64,000 bases of DNA, from assembly GCA_963843265.1 (NCBI GenBank), contig CAWJJR010000010.1, positions 83,141 through 147,140 on the forward strand. Direction: 5' to 3'. This stretch comes from an uncultured Acidobacteriota bacterium (GTDB lineage: Bacteria; Acidobacteriota; Terriglobia; Acidiferrales; UBA7541). How positions within the stretch are numbered: the stretch's first letter is position 1; each line of letters begins with the position of its first letter. Both the position numbers and the translations under genes were made by a program. Below the pieces are notes generated by a model that searched no databases, was not told the origin of the DNA, and worked only from the letters and a program-made list of their open reading frames with translations. Positions 55,179-64,000 of this stretch are shown here, in pieces.

Positions 55179-56975
55179 ATGATCAATTCTGCGCGTATCC
55201 TTTCCACGGCAACCGTGATGCTCGCCCTGCTCGCGCCCATCTCCTGCGGACAAGCCGCTGCCGAGTATCATCTCTATAACGACTCCAATGCCTCTTGGCC
55301 CCAGCAACCCGTCCGGGCCGCCCACGGCATGGTCGCTACCGACGAAGAACTAGGCTCGCAGGCCGGCGTAGAAATCCTCAAGCGAGGTGGAAATGCGGTT
55401 GATGCCGGTGTGGCGGTGGCCTTCGCCCTTGCCGTCGTCGAGCCGGCCGCAGGAAACATCGGCGGCGGCGGCTTTATGCTCGTGCGCCTCGCGGACGGCC
55501 GCAGCACTTTCTTTGACTATCGCGAAGTCGCTCCCGGCAAAGCCACTCGCGACATGTACATCGGCCCGGACGGCAAGCTCGTCAAAAATCTCTCCGTCAT
55601 CGGCTACAAGTCCGTCGCCGTTCCTGGCACGGTCGCAGGCCTGGAGCTGGCCCTGAAGACCTACGGCAAGCTGAAGCTGGCCGAAGTGATGGCCCCGGCT
55701 ATTCGTCTTGCCGAAGACGGCTACCCCATCAGCGAAAAATTAGCCAAGCAGCTGGAAGACCAGCGCGATTACTTGCAGGAGTTCACCGAAAGCCGCCATA
55801 TCTTCCTCAACGACGGAAAAATGTTTAAAGCCGGCGATCTCTTCAAGCAACCCGAACTGGCTGCGACTCTCAAGCGCATCGCCAAAAACGGCGCCGCCGA
55901 GTTTTACCGCGGCGAAACTGCCCACAGGATCGCCGACGACATGCAACGCATGGGCGGCCTCATCACTCTCGACGATCTCGCCCAATACCAGCCGAAAATG
56001 CGACATCCCCTCCACGCCGATTACGAATTCGACGGTCACAAGTGGGAGGTCATCTCTTCGCCGCCTCCCAGCTCCGGCGGCGTCGCCATCATCGAAGCCA
56101 TGAATATGTTGCAGGGGGTCCCGCTGAAAGGATGGAACGATTTGGAAAGCGTGCACATGGTAGTGGAGACGATGCGGCGCGTCTTTGCTGACCGCGCCGC
56201 TTACTTGGCAGATCCTGACTTCGCAAAAGTGCCAGTCGATGGCCTCACAAGCGAGTGCTACGCCAAGGAACTCGAAGCAACCATCGATCCCTTGCATGCC
56301 ACGCCTAGCAACACTGTCAAGGCCGGCACTCCGCATGTCTGCGGTGTTTCCGCCGCCTTGCCCACGCCACAAACGGTCTCCGGCCTCAACGAAGGTCAGC
56401 ACACAACCCACTTTTCCGTCGTCGATGCTGCCGGCAACGCGGTCGCCAGCACGTACACCCTCAACAACAGCTACGGCTCCCACGTAACTTCCACCGCCGG
56501 CTTCCTATACAACGACGAAATGGACGACTTCACCACGCAGCCAGGCGTTCCCAACGCGCTCTTCGGCCTTATCCAATCCGAAGCCAACGCCATCGCCCCA
56601 GGTCACCGCCCTCTCAGCTCCATGGTGCCGACCATGCTCTTGCGCGACGGCAAACTCAGCTTCGTAACTGGTTCGCCCGGTGGTCCCACGATTATTTCCG
56701 CCACTCTGCTCAGCGTTTTAAACTGGATGCGTCTGGGAATGAACGCGCAGGCGGCCATCAATGCGCCGCGTTTTCATCATCAATGGCTACCGGACGTAAT
56801 TCTGATGGAAAACGATTTTCCCGCAAGCATCGAAGTCGGCTTGAAAGCGGAAGGCTATCAAACGCGGCGGCGCGGGCACATCGGCTTGGTGAATGCCATC
56901 GGGATCGATCCAAAAACCAGCGAACGCCTCGGCGCGGCTGATCCGCGCGACCACGGCGCTGCCGTCGGTTACTGA
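55179..56975 (+). CDS. ggt: gamma-glutamyltransferase
   Basis: Signal peptide. Autoprocessing/nucleophile context GQHTTHFSVVDAAGNAVAST, plus GSPGGPTII. ATG 55179 is preceded by gggggag. Confidence 0.93.
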   Translation: MINSARILSTATVMLALLAPISCGQAAAEYHLYNDSNASWPQQPVRAAHGMVATDEELGSQAGVEILKRGGNAVDAGVAVAFALAVVEPAAGNIGGGGFMLVRLADGRSTFFDYREVAPGKATRDMYIGPDGKLVKNLSVIGYKSVAVPGTVAGLELALKTYGKLKLAEVMAPAIRLAEDGYPISEKLAKQLEDQRDYLQEFTESRHIFLNDGKMFKAGDLFKQPELAATLKRIAKNGAAEFYRGETAHRIADDMQRMGGLITLDDLAQYQPKMRHPLHADYEFDGHKWEVISSPPPSSGGVAIIEAMNMLQGVPLKGWNDLESVHMVVETMRRVFADRAAYLADPDFAKVPVDGLTSECYAKELEATIDPLHATPSNTVKAGTPHVCGVSAALPTPQTVSGLNEGQHTTHFSVVDAAGNAVASTYTLNNSYGSHVTSTAGFLYNDEMDDFTTQPGVPNALFGLIQSEANAIAPGHRPLSSMVPTMLLRDGKLSFVTGSPGGPTIISATLLSVLNWMRLGMNAQAAINAPRFHHQWLPDVILMENDFPASIEVGLKAEGYQTRRRGHIGLVNAIGIDPKTSERLGAADPRDHGAAVGY

Positions 56976-57062
56976 ACGATTTTTATGCTGCTGCGCGGTA
57001 TCGACGTGGGCGGCTCGGAACAAGACTTCTAGCTTTTCTTCAAGACGAGCAGGGCAAGGACT

Positions 57063-57923
57063 ATGCAAAGAATTCTATCCACCTACTTGTTTGTGTCGCG
57101 ACGTCTGACCACCGAACTTCTCGGGCAAATTGCCGAGGCTGGCTTCGAGGCCCTGGAAATTTTTGCCACGCGAAGCCACTTCGATTACACCACCAAGGCA
57201 GAAATGCAGGCGATGGCCGGCGCCCTCTCGCAGCACGGGCTCGCTCTCGCATCGCTCCATGCGCCGACGAGCCGCGACCTTAGCGCCACCCGCGAAGGCG
57301 GTACGCCCCTGTCCATTTGTGAAGTCGAACGCGTCCGCCGCATCGAAGCAATGGACGAATTGAAGCGCGTGATCGACGTCGCCGAAGACTTGCCCTATTC
57401 TCGCTTAATACTCCACATGGGTGGTTCGCGCGAAACAGCCGACCCGCGCAAGCGCGATGCTGCCTTCAGCTCTCTCGAGCATCTCGTATTGCACGCCCAT
57501 CACGCCGGTGTCACCATCGCCGTCGAGAACACCACCAGCGAGATGGGCGATCCCGCCTACCTCCGCGCTTTCGTCGACGAAACGCGCCTCACCGGCCTCC
57601 GGTTCAATTTCGATATCGGCCATGCCTTCTTGGCCGATGGCCCTGAAAATGAACGCATCGAAAAGGGCTTCGCTCCCCTCCGCGAACTCGCCGTTTCCGC
57701 CCACATCCACGACAATCACGGCGAAAAGGACGAGCATCTACCGCCCTACGACGGCTCCATCGACTGGGAATCCGCCGTCAAAGCTCTGAAGTCCTCTCCC
57801 GAAACCAATCTCCCCCTAACCCTCGAGCTAAAAGAACGCACCGGCCCGGAGGCTCCCAGCGCCGCCGAACAGCTAGCTGCAGCCAGCATCTCCCTCGACC
57901 GCTTCGAGCGCGAATGGAGCTAG
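57063..57923 (+). CDS. sugar phosphate isomerase/epimerase (xylose isomerase-like TIM barrel)
   Basis: 286 aa; the alternating pattern EAGFEALEIF ... LILHMGG ... IAVENT ... FDIGHAF is typical of the AP endonuclease 2 / TIM family. Confidence 0.8.
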   Translation: MQRILSTYLFVSRRLTTELLGQIAEAGFEALEIFATRSHFDYTTKAEMQAMAGALSQHGLALASLHAPTSRDLSATREGGTPLSICEVERVRRIEAMDELKRVIDVAEDLPYSRLILHMGGSRETADPRKRDAAFSSLEHLVLHAHHAGVTIAVENTTSEMGDPAYLRAFVDETRLTGLRFNFDIGHAFLADGPENERIEKGFAPLRELAVSAHIHDNHGEKDEHLPPYDGSIDWESAVKALKSSPETNLPLTLELKERTGPEAPSAAEQLAAASISLDRFEREWS

Positions 57924-57933
57924 ATCATCGAAA

Positions 57934-57963
57934 TTGACCATTATTCTGACTATGGTCTATAAT
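57934..57963 (+). promoter_or_regulatory. sigma70-type promoter of phd-vapC overlapped by inverted repeats
   Basis: TTGACC (57934-57939), 18-nt spacer, TATAAT (57958-57963), 17 nt before ATG 57981. TGACCAT and ATGGTCA half-sites bracket the -10. Confidence 0.6.
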
Positions 57964-57980
57964 ATGGTCAGGTAGAGCTA

Positions 57981-58223
57981 ATGCAAGAGATCGCTATCTC
58001 CGAATTCAAATCCAAGTGCTTGGCCATCCTCGAACAGGTCGAAAAGACCAAGCTGCCTATCCGCATTACCCGCCACGGTAAACCCGTCGCGGAAGTCGTT
58101 CCAGCCGTCATCTCCGTGGACCGCTCCAAGTGGATCGGCTCATTGGAGGGCTCCATGGAGTTCCTCGGCGACATAATCTCCCCTGCAAACGATGAAGATG
58201 AATGGGAGGTTCTTCGAGATTGA
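57981..58223 (+). CDS. Phd/YefM-family antitoxin
   Basis: 80 aa; ISEFKSKCLAILEQVEKTKLPIRITRHGKPVAEVVP is the Phd/YefM N-terminal signature. Confidence 0.88.
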   Translation: MQEIAISEFKSKCLAILEQVEKTKLPIRITRHGKPVAEVVPAVISVDRSKWIGSLEGSMEFLGDIISPANDEDEWEVLRD

Positions 58224-58606
58224 AGTTCCTACTGGATACGCACATTTGGCTTTGGCTGATAGGAAATCGGGTTAAATTGGCTGCTGGCCTTCTTAAGGAT
58301 TTGCAGAACACGGATAACGAGATTTGGCTCTCTCCCATCAGCATCTGGGAAGCTCTAACGTTACACCGGAAAGGGAGAATGTTTTTGGGGCCAAATTTGG
58401 CGGCATGGGTTGCGCATGCCGTTTCCGGAACGAAAGAAGCCGCTTTCACCCACGAAATCGTCCTTGCCGCTATGCAATTGTCGCTTCATCAGGATCCTGC
58501 CGATCGTTTTCTCGCAGCTACCGCGCAAGTTCTTGACCTGATCCTTGTCACCGCTGACCAACGACTCCTAGGCCTCGGAAACATTCGCACTCTGGCTAAT
58601 CGATAA
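58202..58606 (+). CDS. vapC: VapC-family PIN-domain toxin
   Basis: LLDTHIWLWL (first acidic residue), WEALTL and LVTADQRL PIN motifs. The start is either ATG 58202 or TTG 58220, overlapping the antitoxin stop. Confidence 0.85.
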   Translation: MGGSSRLKFLLDTHIWLWLIGNRVKLAAGLLKDLQNTDNEIWLSPISIWEALTLHRKGRMFLGPNLAAWVAHAVSGTKEAAFTHEIVLAAMQLSLHQDPADRFLAATAQVLDLILVTADQRLLGLGNIRTLANR

Positions 58607-58692
58607 GAGTCGCTTAAGGTTTGCTGGGCGGCGCCAATCCGCATTCTACTCTGCTAGACTGAATATTTGAAAATTCGCCAGAACATCGGACT

Positions 58693-59994
58693 ATGACCAC
58701 CATCACCATCGAACAAGCAGGAAAGCACGACTCCCAAGAAGTCACCATTCGAGGCTGGCTCTACAACCTCCGCGAATCTGGCAAATTGATGTTCCCCATT
58801 TTTCGCGATGGCACCGGCATCATCCAAGGCGTCTGCGCCCTCAAGGAAAATCCCGACGCCTTCGAAGCCCTCAAAGGTCTCACACAGGAATCCAGCGTCA
58901 TCGTCACCGGCAAAATTCGCGCTGAAAAGCGCGCTCCAGGCGGTTACGAAATCGGCGTCAGCAAAATCCAAATCGTCCAGAAAGTCCCCGAAAGCACGCC
59001 CTTCCCCATCCAGCTCAAAGAGCACGGCGTCGACTTCCTCCTCGATCAGCGCCACCTCTGGATTCGCACGCCACGCCAGGCCGCCATTCTCCGCATCCGC
59101 GCCGAGGCCATCCGCGCCGCCCGCGAATTTATGGACGGCCAAGGCTACACGCTCGCCGACGCTCCCATGTTCACGCCTGCGGCCTGCGAAGGCACGTCCA
59201 CGCTCTTCGAAGTGAACTACATCGACGACCAAAAAGCCTACCTGACCCAGAGCGGCCAGCTCTACGCCGAAGCCATCGCCATGGCTCTCGGCAAGGTCTA
59301 CACGTTCGGCCCGACGTTCCGCGCCGAAAAATCCAAGACGCGCCGCCATCTCACCGAATTTTGGATGCTCGAACCCGAAGCTGCTTACGTCGAGTTCGAC
59401 GAGATCATGTCGCTCGGCGAAGGCCTCGTCAGCGCCATCGTGCAAGGCGTCATCAAAAACAAATCGCGCGAACTCGAAACGCTCAAGCGCGACGTCGCCA
59501 AGCTCGAAAACATCAAGCCGCCGTTCCCGCGCATCAGCTACGAAGATGCGGTCGCGCTCCTAAATAAAAACGGCAACCCCGCCAAATTCGGCGACGATTT
59601 CGGCGGCGACGAAGAAACTCTCATCTCGAAAAATTTCGACCGCCCCGTCCTCATTCACCACTATCCCTCAGCCATCAAAGCCTTCTACATGCAGCCCGAC
59701 GCCCAGCGTCCTGAACTTGCCCTCGCCTTCGACATGATCGCTCCCGAAGGCTACGGCGAAATCATCGGCGGTAGCCAGCGCATCCACGACTACGATTTGC
59801 TCCTCAAGCGCCTCCACGAGCACAACTTGCCCCAGGAATCTTTCGAGTGGTATCTCGATCTGCGCCGTTACGGCAGCGTTCCCCACTCCGGCTTTGGCCT
59901 CGGCCTCGAGCGCACCGTCGCCTGGATTTGCGGCACCGAGCACATCCGGGAAGTCATCCCCTTCCCCCGCATGATTTATCGCGTGTATCCTTAG
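58693..59994 (+). CDS. asnS: asparagine--tRNA ligase
   Basis: 433 aa class IIb; FRAEKSKTRRHLTEFWMLEPE (motif 2) and GFGLGLERT (motif 3). Confidence 0.9.
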   Translation: MTTITIEQAGKHDSQEVTIRGWLYNLRESGKLMFPIFRDGTGIIQGVCALKENPDAFEALKGLTQESSVIVTGKIRAEKRAPGGYEIGVSKIQIVQKVPESTPFPIQLKEHGVDFLLDQRHLWIRTPRQAAILRIRAEAIRAAREFMDGQGYTLADAPMFTPAACEGTSTLFEVNYIDDQKAYLTQSGQLYAEAIAMALGKVYTFGPTFRAEKSKTRRHLTEFWMLEPEAAYVEFDEIMSLGEGLVSAIVQGVIKNKSRELETLKRDVAKLENIKPPFPRISYEDAVALLNKNGNPAKFGDDFGGDEETLISKNFDRPVLIHHYPSAIKAFYMQPDAQRPELALAFDMIAPEGYGEIIGGSQRIHDYDLLLKRLHEHNLPQESFEWYLDLRRYGSVPHSGFGLGLERTVAWICGTEHIREVIPFPRMIYRVYP

Positions 59995-60144
59995 TCCGGG
60001 GTAGTTTGACGCCGCATCGGCGTCTCTCGCACGTAATTTGGATTAACCCTTCGAGTGATCTGTGCCTCGCGCATGTCTGCGAGTGGTGTGGTTTTCCGTC
60101 TCTTCACGGGACACGCGCCACGGATCACGGAACACGAGACTCAC

Positions 60145-61056
60145 ATGGCGCAAAAAGTCAGAATCATCGGCGTTCCCATGGACCTCGGCCAATCCCGCCG
60201 CGGCGTCGACATGGGCCCCTCCGCCCTTCGCGGCGCCGGCCTGCAAGCCCGCATTAAGCAGCTCGGCCACACCGTTGAAGACATCGGCAATCTCGAAGTC
60301 AAACAGCCCGAAGAAATGCACTTTGGCGAAAAGCGCGCCAAATATCTTCAGGAAATCGCCGAAACTTGCCAGGACATCGCCAAGACCACTGAAAAGTCTC
60401 TGGCCGAAGGCTTTCTTCCGCTAGTTCTCGGCGGCGACCACTCCATCGCCATCGGCGTCGCCGCTGGCGTCTCCTCGCATTTTCGCAAAGAAAAAAAACA
60501 AATTGGCTACCTCTGGCTCGATGCCCACGGCGACATGAACACTCCCGACTCCTCGCCTTCTGGCAACATCCACGGCATGCCTCTCGCCGCCATCATGGGC
60601 TACGGAGCGCCCGAATTAGTCGACCTCATGGGTTTCAAGCCCAAAGCCGAACCCTCCAATATCGTCATCGTTGGCGCGCGCGACCTCGACGCCCAGGAAC
60701 GCAAAATCGTCAAGAAATCCGGCATCCACGTCTTCACCATGCGCGACATTGACGAGCGCGGCATGCGCGAAGTCATGTCCGACGCCCTCAAATACGCCAT
60801 GGACGATACCGCCGGCATCGCCGTCAGCCTCGACATGGACTTCGTCGACCCCAGCGACGCTCCCGGCGTCGGCACACCCGTCCGCGGCGGCGTCACCTAT
60901 CGCGAAGCCCATCTCGCCATGGAAATGATCGCCGACTCCGAAGCCATGGTCTCCCTCGAAGTCGTCGAAATCAATCCCATCATCGACGAACACAACCGCA
61001 CCGCCCTCCTCGGCGTCGAGCTAGTCCTCTCCGCCCTCGGCAAGAAAATCCTGTAG
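60145..61056 (+). CDS. rocF: arginase
   Basis: MAQKVRIIGVPMDLGQSRRG; Mn-binding motifs GGDHSIAIG, LDAHGDMNTP and SLDMDFVDP. Confidence 0.92.
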   Translation: MAQKVRIIGVPMDLGQSRRGVDMGPSALRGAGLQARIKQLGHTVEDIGNLEVKQPEEMHFGEKRAKYLQEIAETCQDIAKTTEKSLAEGFLPLVLGGDHSIAIGVAAGVSSHFRKEKKQIGYLWLDAHGDMNTPDSSPSGNIHGMPLAAIMGYGAPELVDLMGFKPKAEPSNIVIVGARDLDAQERKIVKKSGIHVFTMRDIDERGMREVMSDALKYAMDDTAGIAVSLDMDFVDPSDAPGVGTPVRGGVTYREAHLAMEMIADSEAMVSLEVVEINPIIDEHNRTALLGVELVLSALGKKIL

Positions 61057-61058
61057 CC

Positions 61059-61598
61059 ATGCTTCTTCGGCCAAACAGCGTCAAGCGGCAACGAGTTGGC
61101 GCTATTGCTTTTGGAATCCTTGCGATTCTCTTTCTGTTCGCAAGCTCACAAGCCCGCGCCTCGGGGCCGCAAGAAAAAGCGGATCGTATTGAGATCCACA
61201 AATCGGAACGAACGATGACTCTATTCCGCGAGGGCGAGGTACTGAAGACCTTCAAAGTCGCACTAAGCAGAGTCCCAATTGGCGCAAAAGAGCGCGAAGG
61301 TGATCACAAGGTCCCCGAGGGTCTGTACGTGGTTGACGCAAAAAACGCCCACAGCAAGTTCCATCTCGCGCTTCACATTTCCTATCCCAATGCGGCAGAC
61401 CGCGAACGCGCCCGTAAGCTAGGCGTCAAACCTGGCGGCAATATCGAAATTCACGGGCTCGGTTCCAACTTCGGTTGGGTTGGTAGTTTGCATCGCGAGG
61501 TCGACTGGACTGACGGCTGCATCGCCGTGACTAATTCCGAGATTGAAGAGATATGGCCCCTAGTTCCGGTTGGCACGCCGGTTGAAATACTGCCTTAA
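61059..61598 (+). CDS. L,D-transpeptidase (YkuD) family protein
   Basis: Signal/anchor, then IEIHGLGS...DWTDGCIAVTN (catalytic His/Cys context). Confidence 0.85.
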   Translation: MLLRPNSVKRQRVGAIAFGILAILFLFASSQARASGPQEKADRIEIHKSERTMTLFREGEVLKTFKVALSRVPIGAKEREGDHKVPEGLYVVDAKNAHSKFHLALHISYPNAADRERARKLGVKPGGNIEIHGLGSNFGWVGSLHREVDWTDGCIAVTNSEIEEIWPLVPVGTPVEILP

Positions 61599-61621
61599 GA
61601 AAAGTCACCCCGTCAGCGTCC

Positions 61622-64000
61622 TCAACTCATCCGCAGCGCCGCCATAGGATCGATCCGCGAAGCCCGCCTCGCCGGCAAATATCCGGCCATCGCGGCAACC
61701 GCCGTGAGAATCACCAGCATCCCCACAAACGTCACCGGATCGCTCGCCGTTACTCCAAACAATAGCCCGCTCAGCGTCCGCGCCAGCGCCCACGATGCCA
61801 CCACTCCCACAAGCATTCCAATCCCTGCGAGCCCCAGGGTCTGCAACAAAATGCTCCTCTGCAGTGTCTCCGCTGACGCACCCAGCGCCATGCGAATGCC
61901 AATCTCCTGAGTCCGCTGGCTCACCGAATACGAAATCACCGCATAAATTCCCAGCGAAGCCAGCACCAGCGCAAATCCCGCAAATCCGCCAAGCAAAATC
62001 ACCACAAATCTCCGCGGCGACACCGCCCGGTCCACCAGCGTCTGCAGAGACCTCAAATTCGCAGTAGGGAGATTCGGCTCGATGGGCCGCAGCGCCTCCC
62101 GAATCCTCGTCCCAAGCTCCGCCGTGGGCATCGACGTCCTCACGACCAAATCCACGGTCCCATAATCCTGGGTCTGCCGAATCGGAATGTAAAACTCGTT
62201 CCCCGATCCTTCTTCCAACGCCATGTGCCGCACATTCCCAACCACGCCCACCACCGTCCGGTCCACGTCCTCGGCCACGATTTTCCCAATCGGATCCTCG
62301 CCAGGCCACAAAGTCTGCGCGCACTTTTGGTTCAAGATAATCACCGGCAGCGCACGCTTCGTGTCCCGCTCCGTAAAATCCCGTCCCTCGCGCAGCGGTA
62401 TCCCCATCGCGCCAAAATATCCGTCGCTGATGATCCTCGGAAATCCTTCCGGATAATTCTCCGGTGTGTACTGCACTCCCTTCGCCCCAATTCCCCAGCT
62501 CCGGTTGTGTCCCAACGGCAAAAAATCCGAAAGCCCTGCCGCCTCGATCCCCGGAATATCCTTCACCCGGCGCAGCGCGTCATCAAAATACGCATTGCGC
62601 TGCTCCTGCGTCTTGTAAGACGAATTTGGATCGATCCGCAAAGCCGCAGCCCGTTCCGGCACAAACCCCAAATTCACATCCAGCACCCGCAAAAAACTCC
62701 GTATCAACAGTCCCGCCCCCACCACCAGCACGCACGCCAGCCCAATCTCGCTCACCACCAGCGCCCCGCGAATCCACGCATGCCCCCGCCCCTGGCTCGA
62801 CCCCCGGTTCGCATCCTTCAGCGTGTCGTGCAGCTTCACGTCCCGCACCTGCAGCGCCGGCACCAAACCAAAAATCAGTCCCGTCACCAGTGCCGCGACC
62901 AAAGTAAATCCCAAAACGCTCGCATCAATCCGCACTTCCCCCAACAACGGAATGCTCACCGCAGTCAGATGCGCCAGCACGCGCGTCCCCGCAAACGCCA
63001 ACAGCAATCCCACCGCCGCACCACAGCACGACAGCACCAGGCTCTCCGTCAACAACTGCCCGATCAATCGTCCGCGCCCCGCCCCCAGCGCTACGCGCAT
63101 CGCAATTTCCTTCTGCCGCGTCGCTCCCCGCGCCAGCAGCAAATTCGAAAGGTTCGCGCACACGATCAGCATCACCACCCCCACCGCGCACGCCAGCACC
63201 ACCAGCGCCGGCCGCAGCCGCCCACTCACGTGTTCCGCCAAACCAGAAAGCTTTGGATCAAAATCATTGTCCTTGGGATGCTGCTGCTCAAACCGCTTTC
63301 CCAGAATCGTCGCTTCCGCCTGTGCTTTCCCCAGCCCCACTCCCGGCTTAAGCCTCCCCACCATCGCCAGTGTGTTTCCCCAACGGTTCGTCTCCGGCGA
63401 AATCGGAAACGGCTCGAAAATATCGATCCTGCTCCCCGGCGCAAATATCGTCCCGAAATCAAACGACGCCGGCAGCACGCCCGCCACCGTCGCCGGGCCG
63501 CCATCAAACTCCAGCGCCCGCCCCACGATCTTCGGATCGCTCGCGAACCTCCTCTCCCACAATCCGTGGCTCAGCATCACTGCTTTCGGCCCATGCCACT
63601 TGCACTCTTCCGCGCTGAACTGCCTCCCAATTTCCGGCTCGACGCCCAGCAGCGGAAAAAAATTCTGCGACACCGGCACGCTCGTCAGCCTCTCCGGCTC
63701 GCCATCGCCAATTAGCTCCGCATCGCCCACTCCATAAAACGCAAAATACGCCGCCATATCCTCAAACGACTGGTTGTGCGCCCGGTAGTCCAACAAATAA
63801 TCCACCTGAGTCGTCTTCGCCGACATGTCTCCCGTCGCATCGGTATGGTTCGCCATCCACACAAGCTTCCCCGGATCGCGAAATGGCAGCGGCCGGATCA
63901 GCAGCGTGTTCACCACGCTAAAAATCGTGCAGCTCGCCCCCACTCCCAGCCCCACAATCAATATTGCGAACGCCGCAAATCCCCGATCCCGCCAAAGTGT
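61622..64000 (-). CDS. ADOP-family duplicated FtsX/MacB-like ABC transporter permease (5' end outside window)
   Basis: Two MacB-periplasmic-plus-FtsX halves. The reading frame stays open upstream of the track start (…TLWRDRGFAAFAILIVGLGVGAS), so the gene continues past 64000. Confidence 0.88.
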   Translation of the reverse strand, partial: TLWRDRGFAAFAILIVGLGVGASCTIFSVVNTLLIRPLPFRDPGKLVWMANHTDATGDMSAKTTQVDYLLDYRAHNQSFEDMAAYFAFYGVGDAELIGDGEPERLTSVPVSQNFFPLLGVEPEIGRQFSAEECKWHGPKAVMLSHGLWERRFASDPKIVGRALEFDGGPATVAGVLPASFDFGTIFAPGSRIDIFEPFPISPETNRWGNTLAMVGRLKPGVGLGKAQAEATILGKRFEQQHPKDNDFDPKLSGLAEHVSGRLRPALVVLACAVGVVMLIVCANLSNLLLARGATRQKEIAMRVALGAGRGRLIGQLLTESLVLSCCGAAVGLLLAFAGTRVLAHLTAVSIPLLGEVRIDASVLGFTLVAALVTGLIFGLVPALQVRDVKLHDTLKDANRGSSQGRGHAWIRGALVVSEIGLACVLVVGAGLLIRSFLRVLDVNLGFVPERAAALRIDPNSSYKTQEQRNAYFDDALRRVKDIPGIEAAGLSDFLPLGHNRSWGIGAKGVQYTPENYPEGFPRIISDGYFGAMGIPLREGRDFTERDTKRALPVIILNQKCAQTLWPGEDPIGKIVAEDVDRTVVGVVGNVRHMALEEGSGNEFYIPIRQTQDYGTVDLVVRTSMPTAELGTRIREALRPIEPNLPTANLRSLQTLVDRAVSPRRFVVILLGGFAGFALVLASLGIYAVISYSVSQRTQEIGIRMALGASAETLQRSILLQTLGLAGIGMLVGVVASWALARTLSGLLFGVTASDPVTFVGMLVILTAVAAMAGYLPARRASRIDPMAALRMS

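Noticed and set aside
62225-63737. 496-aa and 304-aa plus-strand ORFs opposite the ADOP permease
   Set aside because: His/Arg/Pro/Gln-rich junk composition. They are antisense to a clearly recognisable duplicated FtsX permease.
1-64000. CRISPR arrays, rRNA/tRNA genes, prophage or defence-system hallmark genes
   Set aside because: I saw no regularly spaced short repeats, no rRNA/tRNA signatures, and no Cas, RT, large helicase/nuclease, methyltransferase or phage structural genes on either strand. The only defence-adjacent content is three small type II TA loci.

Overview
This is a high-GC, densely coding bacterial chromosomal segment. The protein architectures (an ADOP-type duplicated FtsX permease, a Ser/Thr kinase-TonB_C fusion, ECF sigma/FecR pairs, many PilZ/GGDEF genes) suggest an Acidobacteriota-like genome, but that is inference only. 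I support about 63 protein genes, and most are housekeeping. They include folD-coaE, an HtrA protease, ETF-QO and etfBA, a yceD-rpmF-plsX-fabD-fabG-acpP-fabF cluster without fabH, and a membrane-anchored otsA. They also include a dGTPase, two glycosyltransferases, a contiguous cysM-mec-cysO-moeZ sulfur-carrier cysteine pathway, ggt, asnS, rocF and an L,D-transpeptidase. Accessory content is limited. There are three type II toxin-antitoxin (TA) loci: higBA with a nonsense-inactivated toxin, hicBA, and phd-vapC. There is one apparently intact IS1380-family element with inverted repeats and a 5-bp target duplication. A roughly 4.5 kb islet (14.5-19.0 kb) separates ETF-QO from etfBA. I saw no rRNA, tRNA or CRISPR array, and none of the usual defence-system hallmark genes (large helicases/nucleases, reverse transcriptases, Cas, methyltransferase-restriction pairs). 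I did not find a convincing new multi-gene system. The least explained signals are four: (i) a self-contained promoter-plus-terminator unit in a 690-bp gene-free gap next to hicBA; (ii) a composite palindromic element present twice inside the fab operon; (iii) a sensor-HAMP-OtsA fusion; (iv) several unusual domain fusions. Many long ORFs in the supplied track are antisense GC-frame artefacts and were rejected. Start codons are often uncertain.
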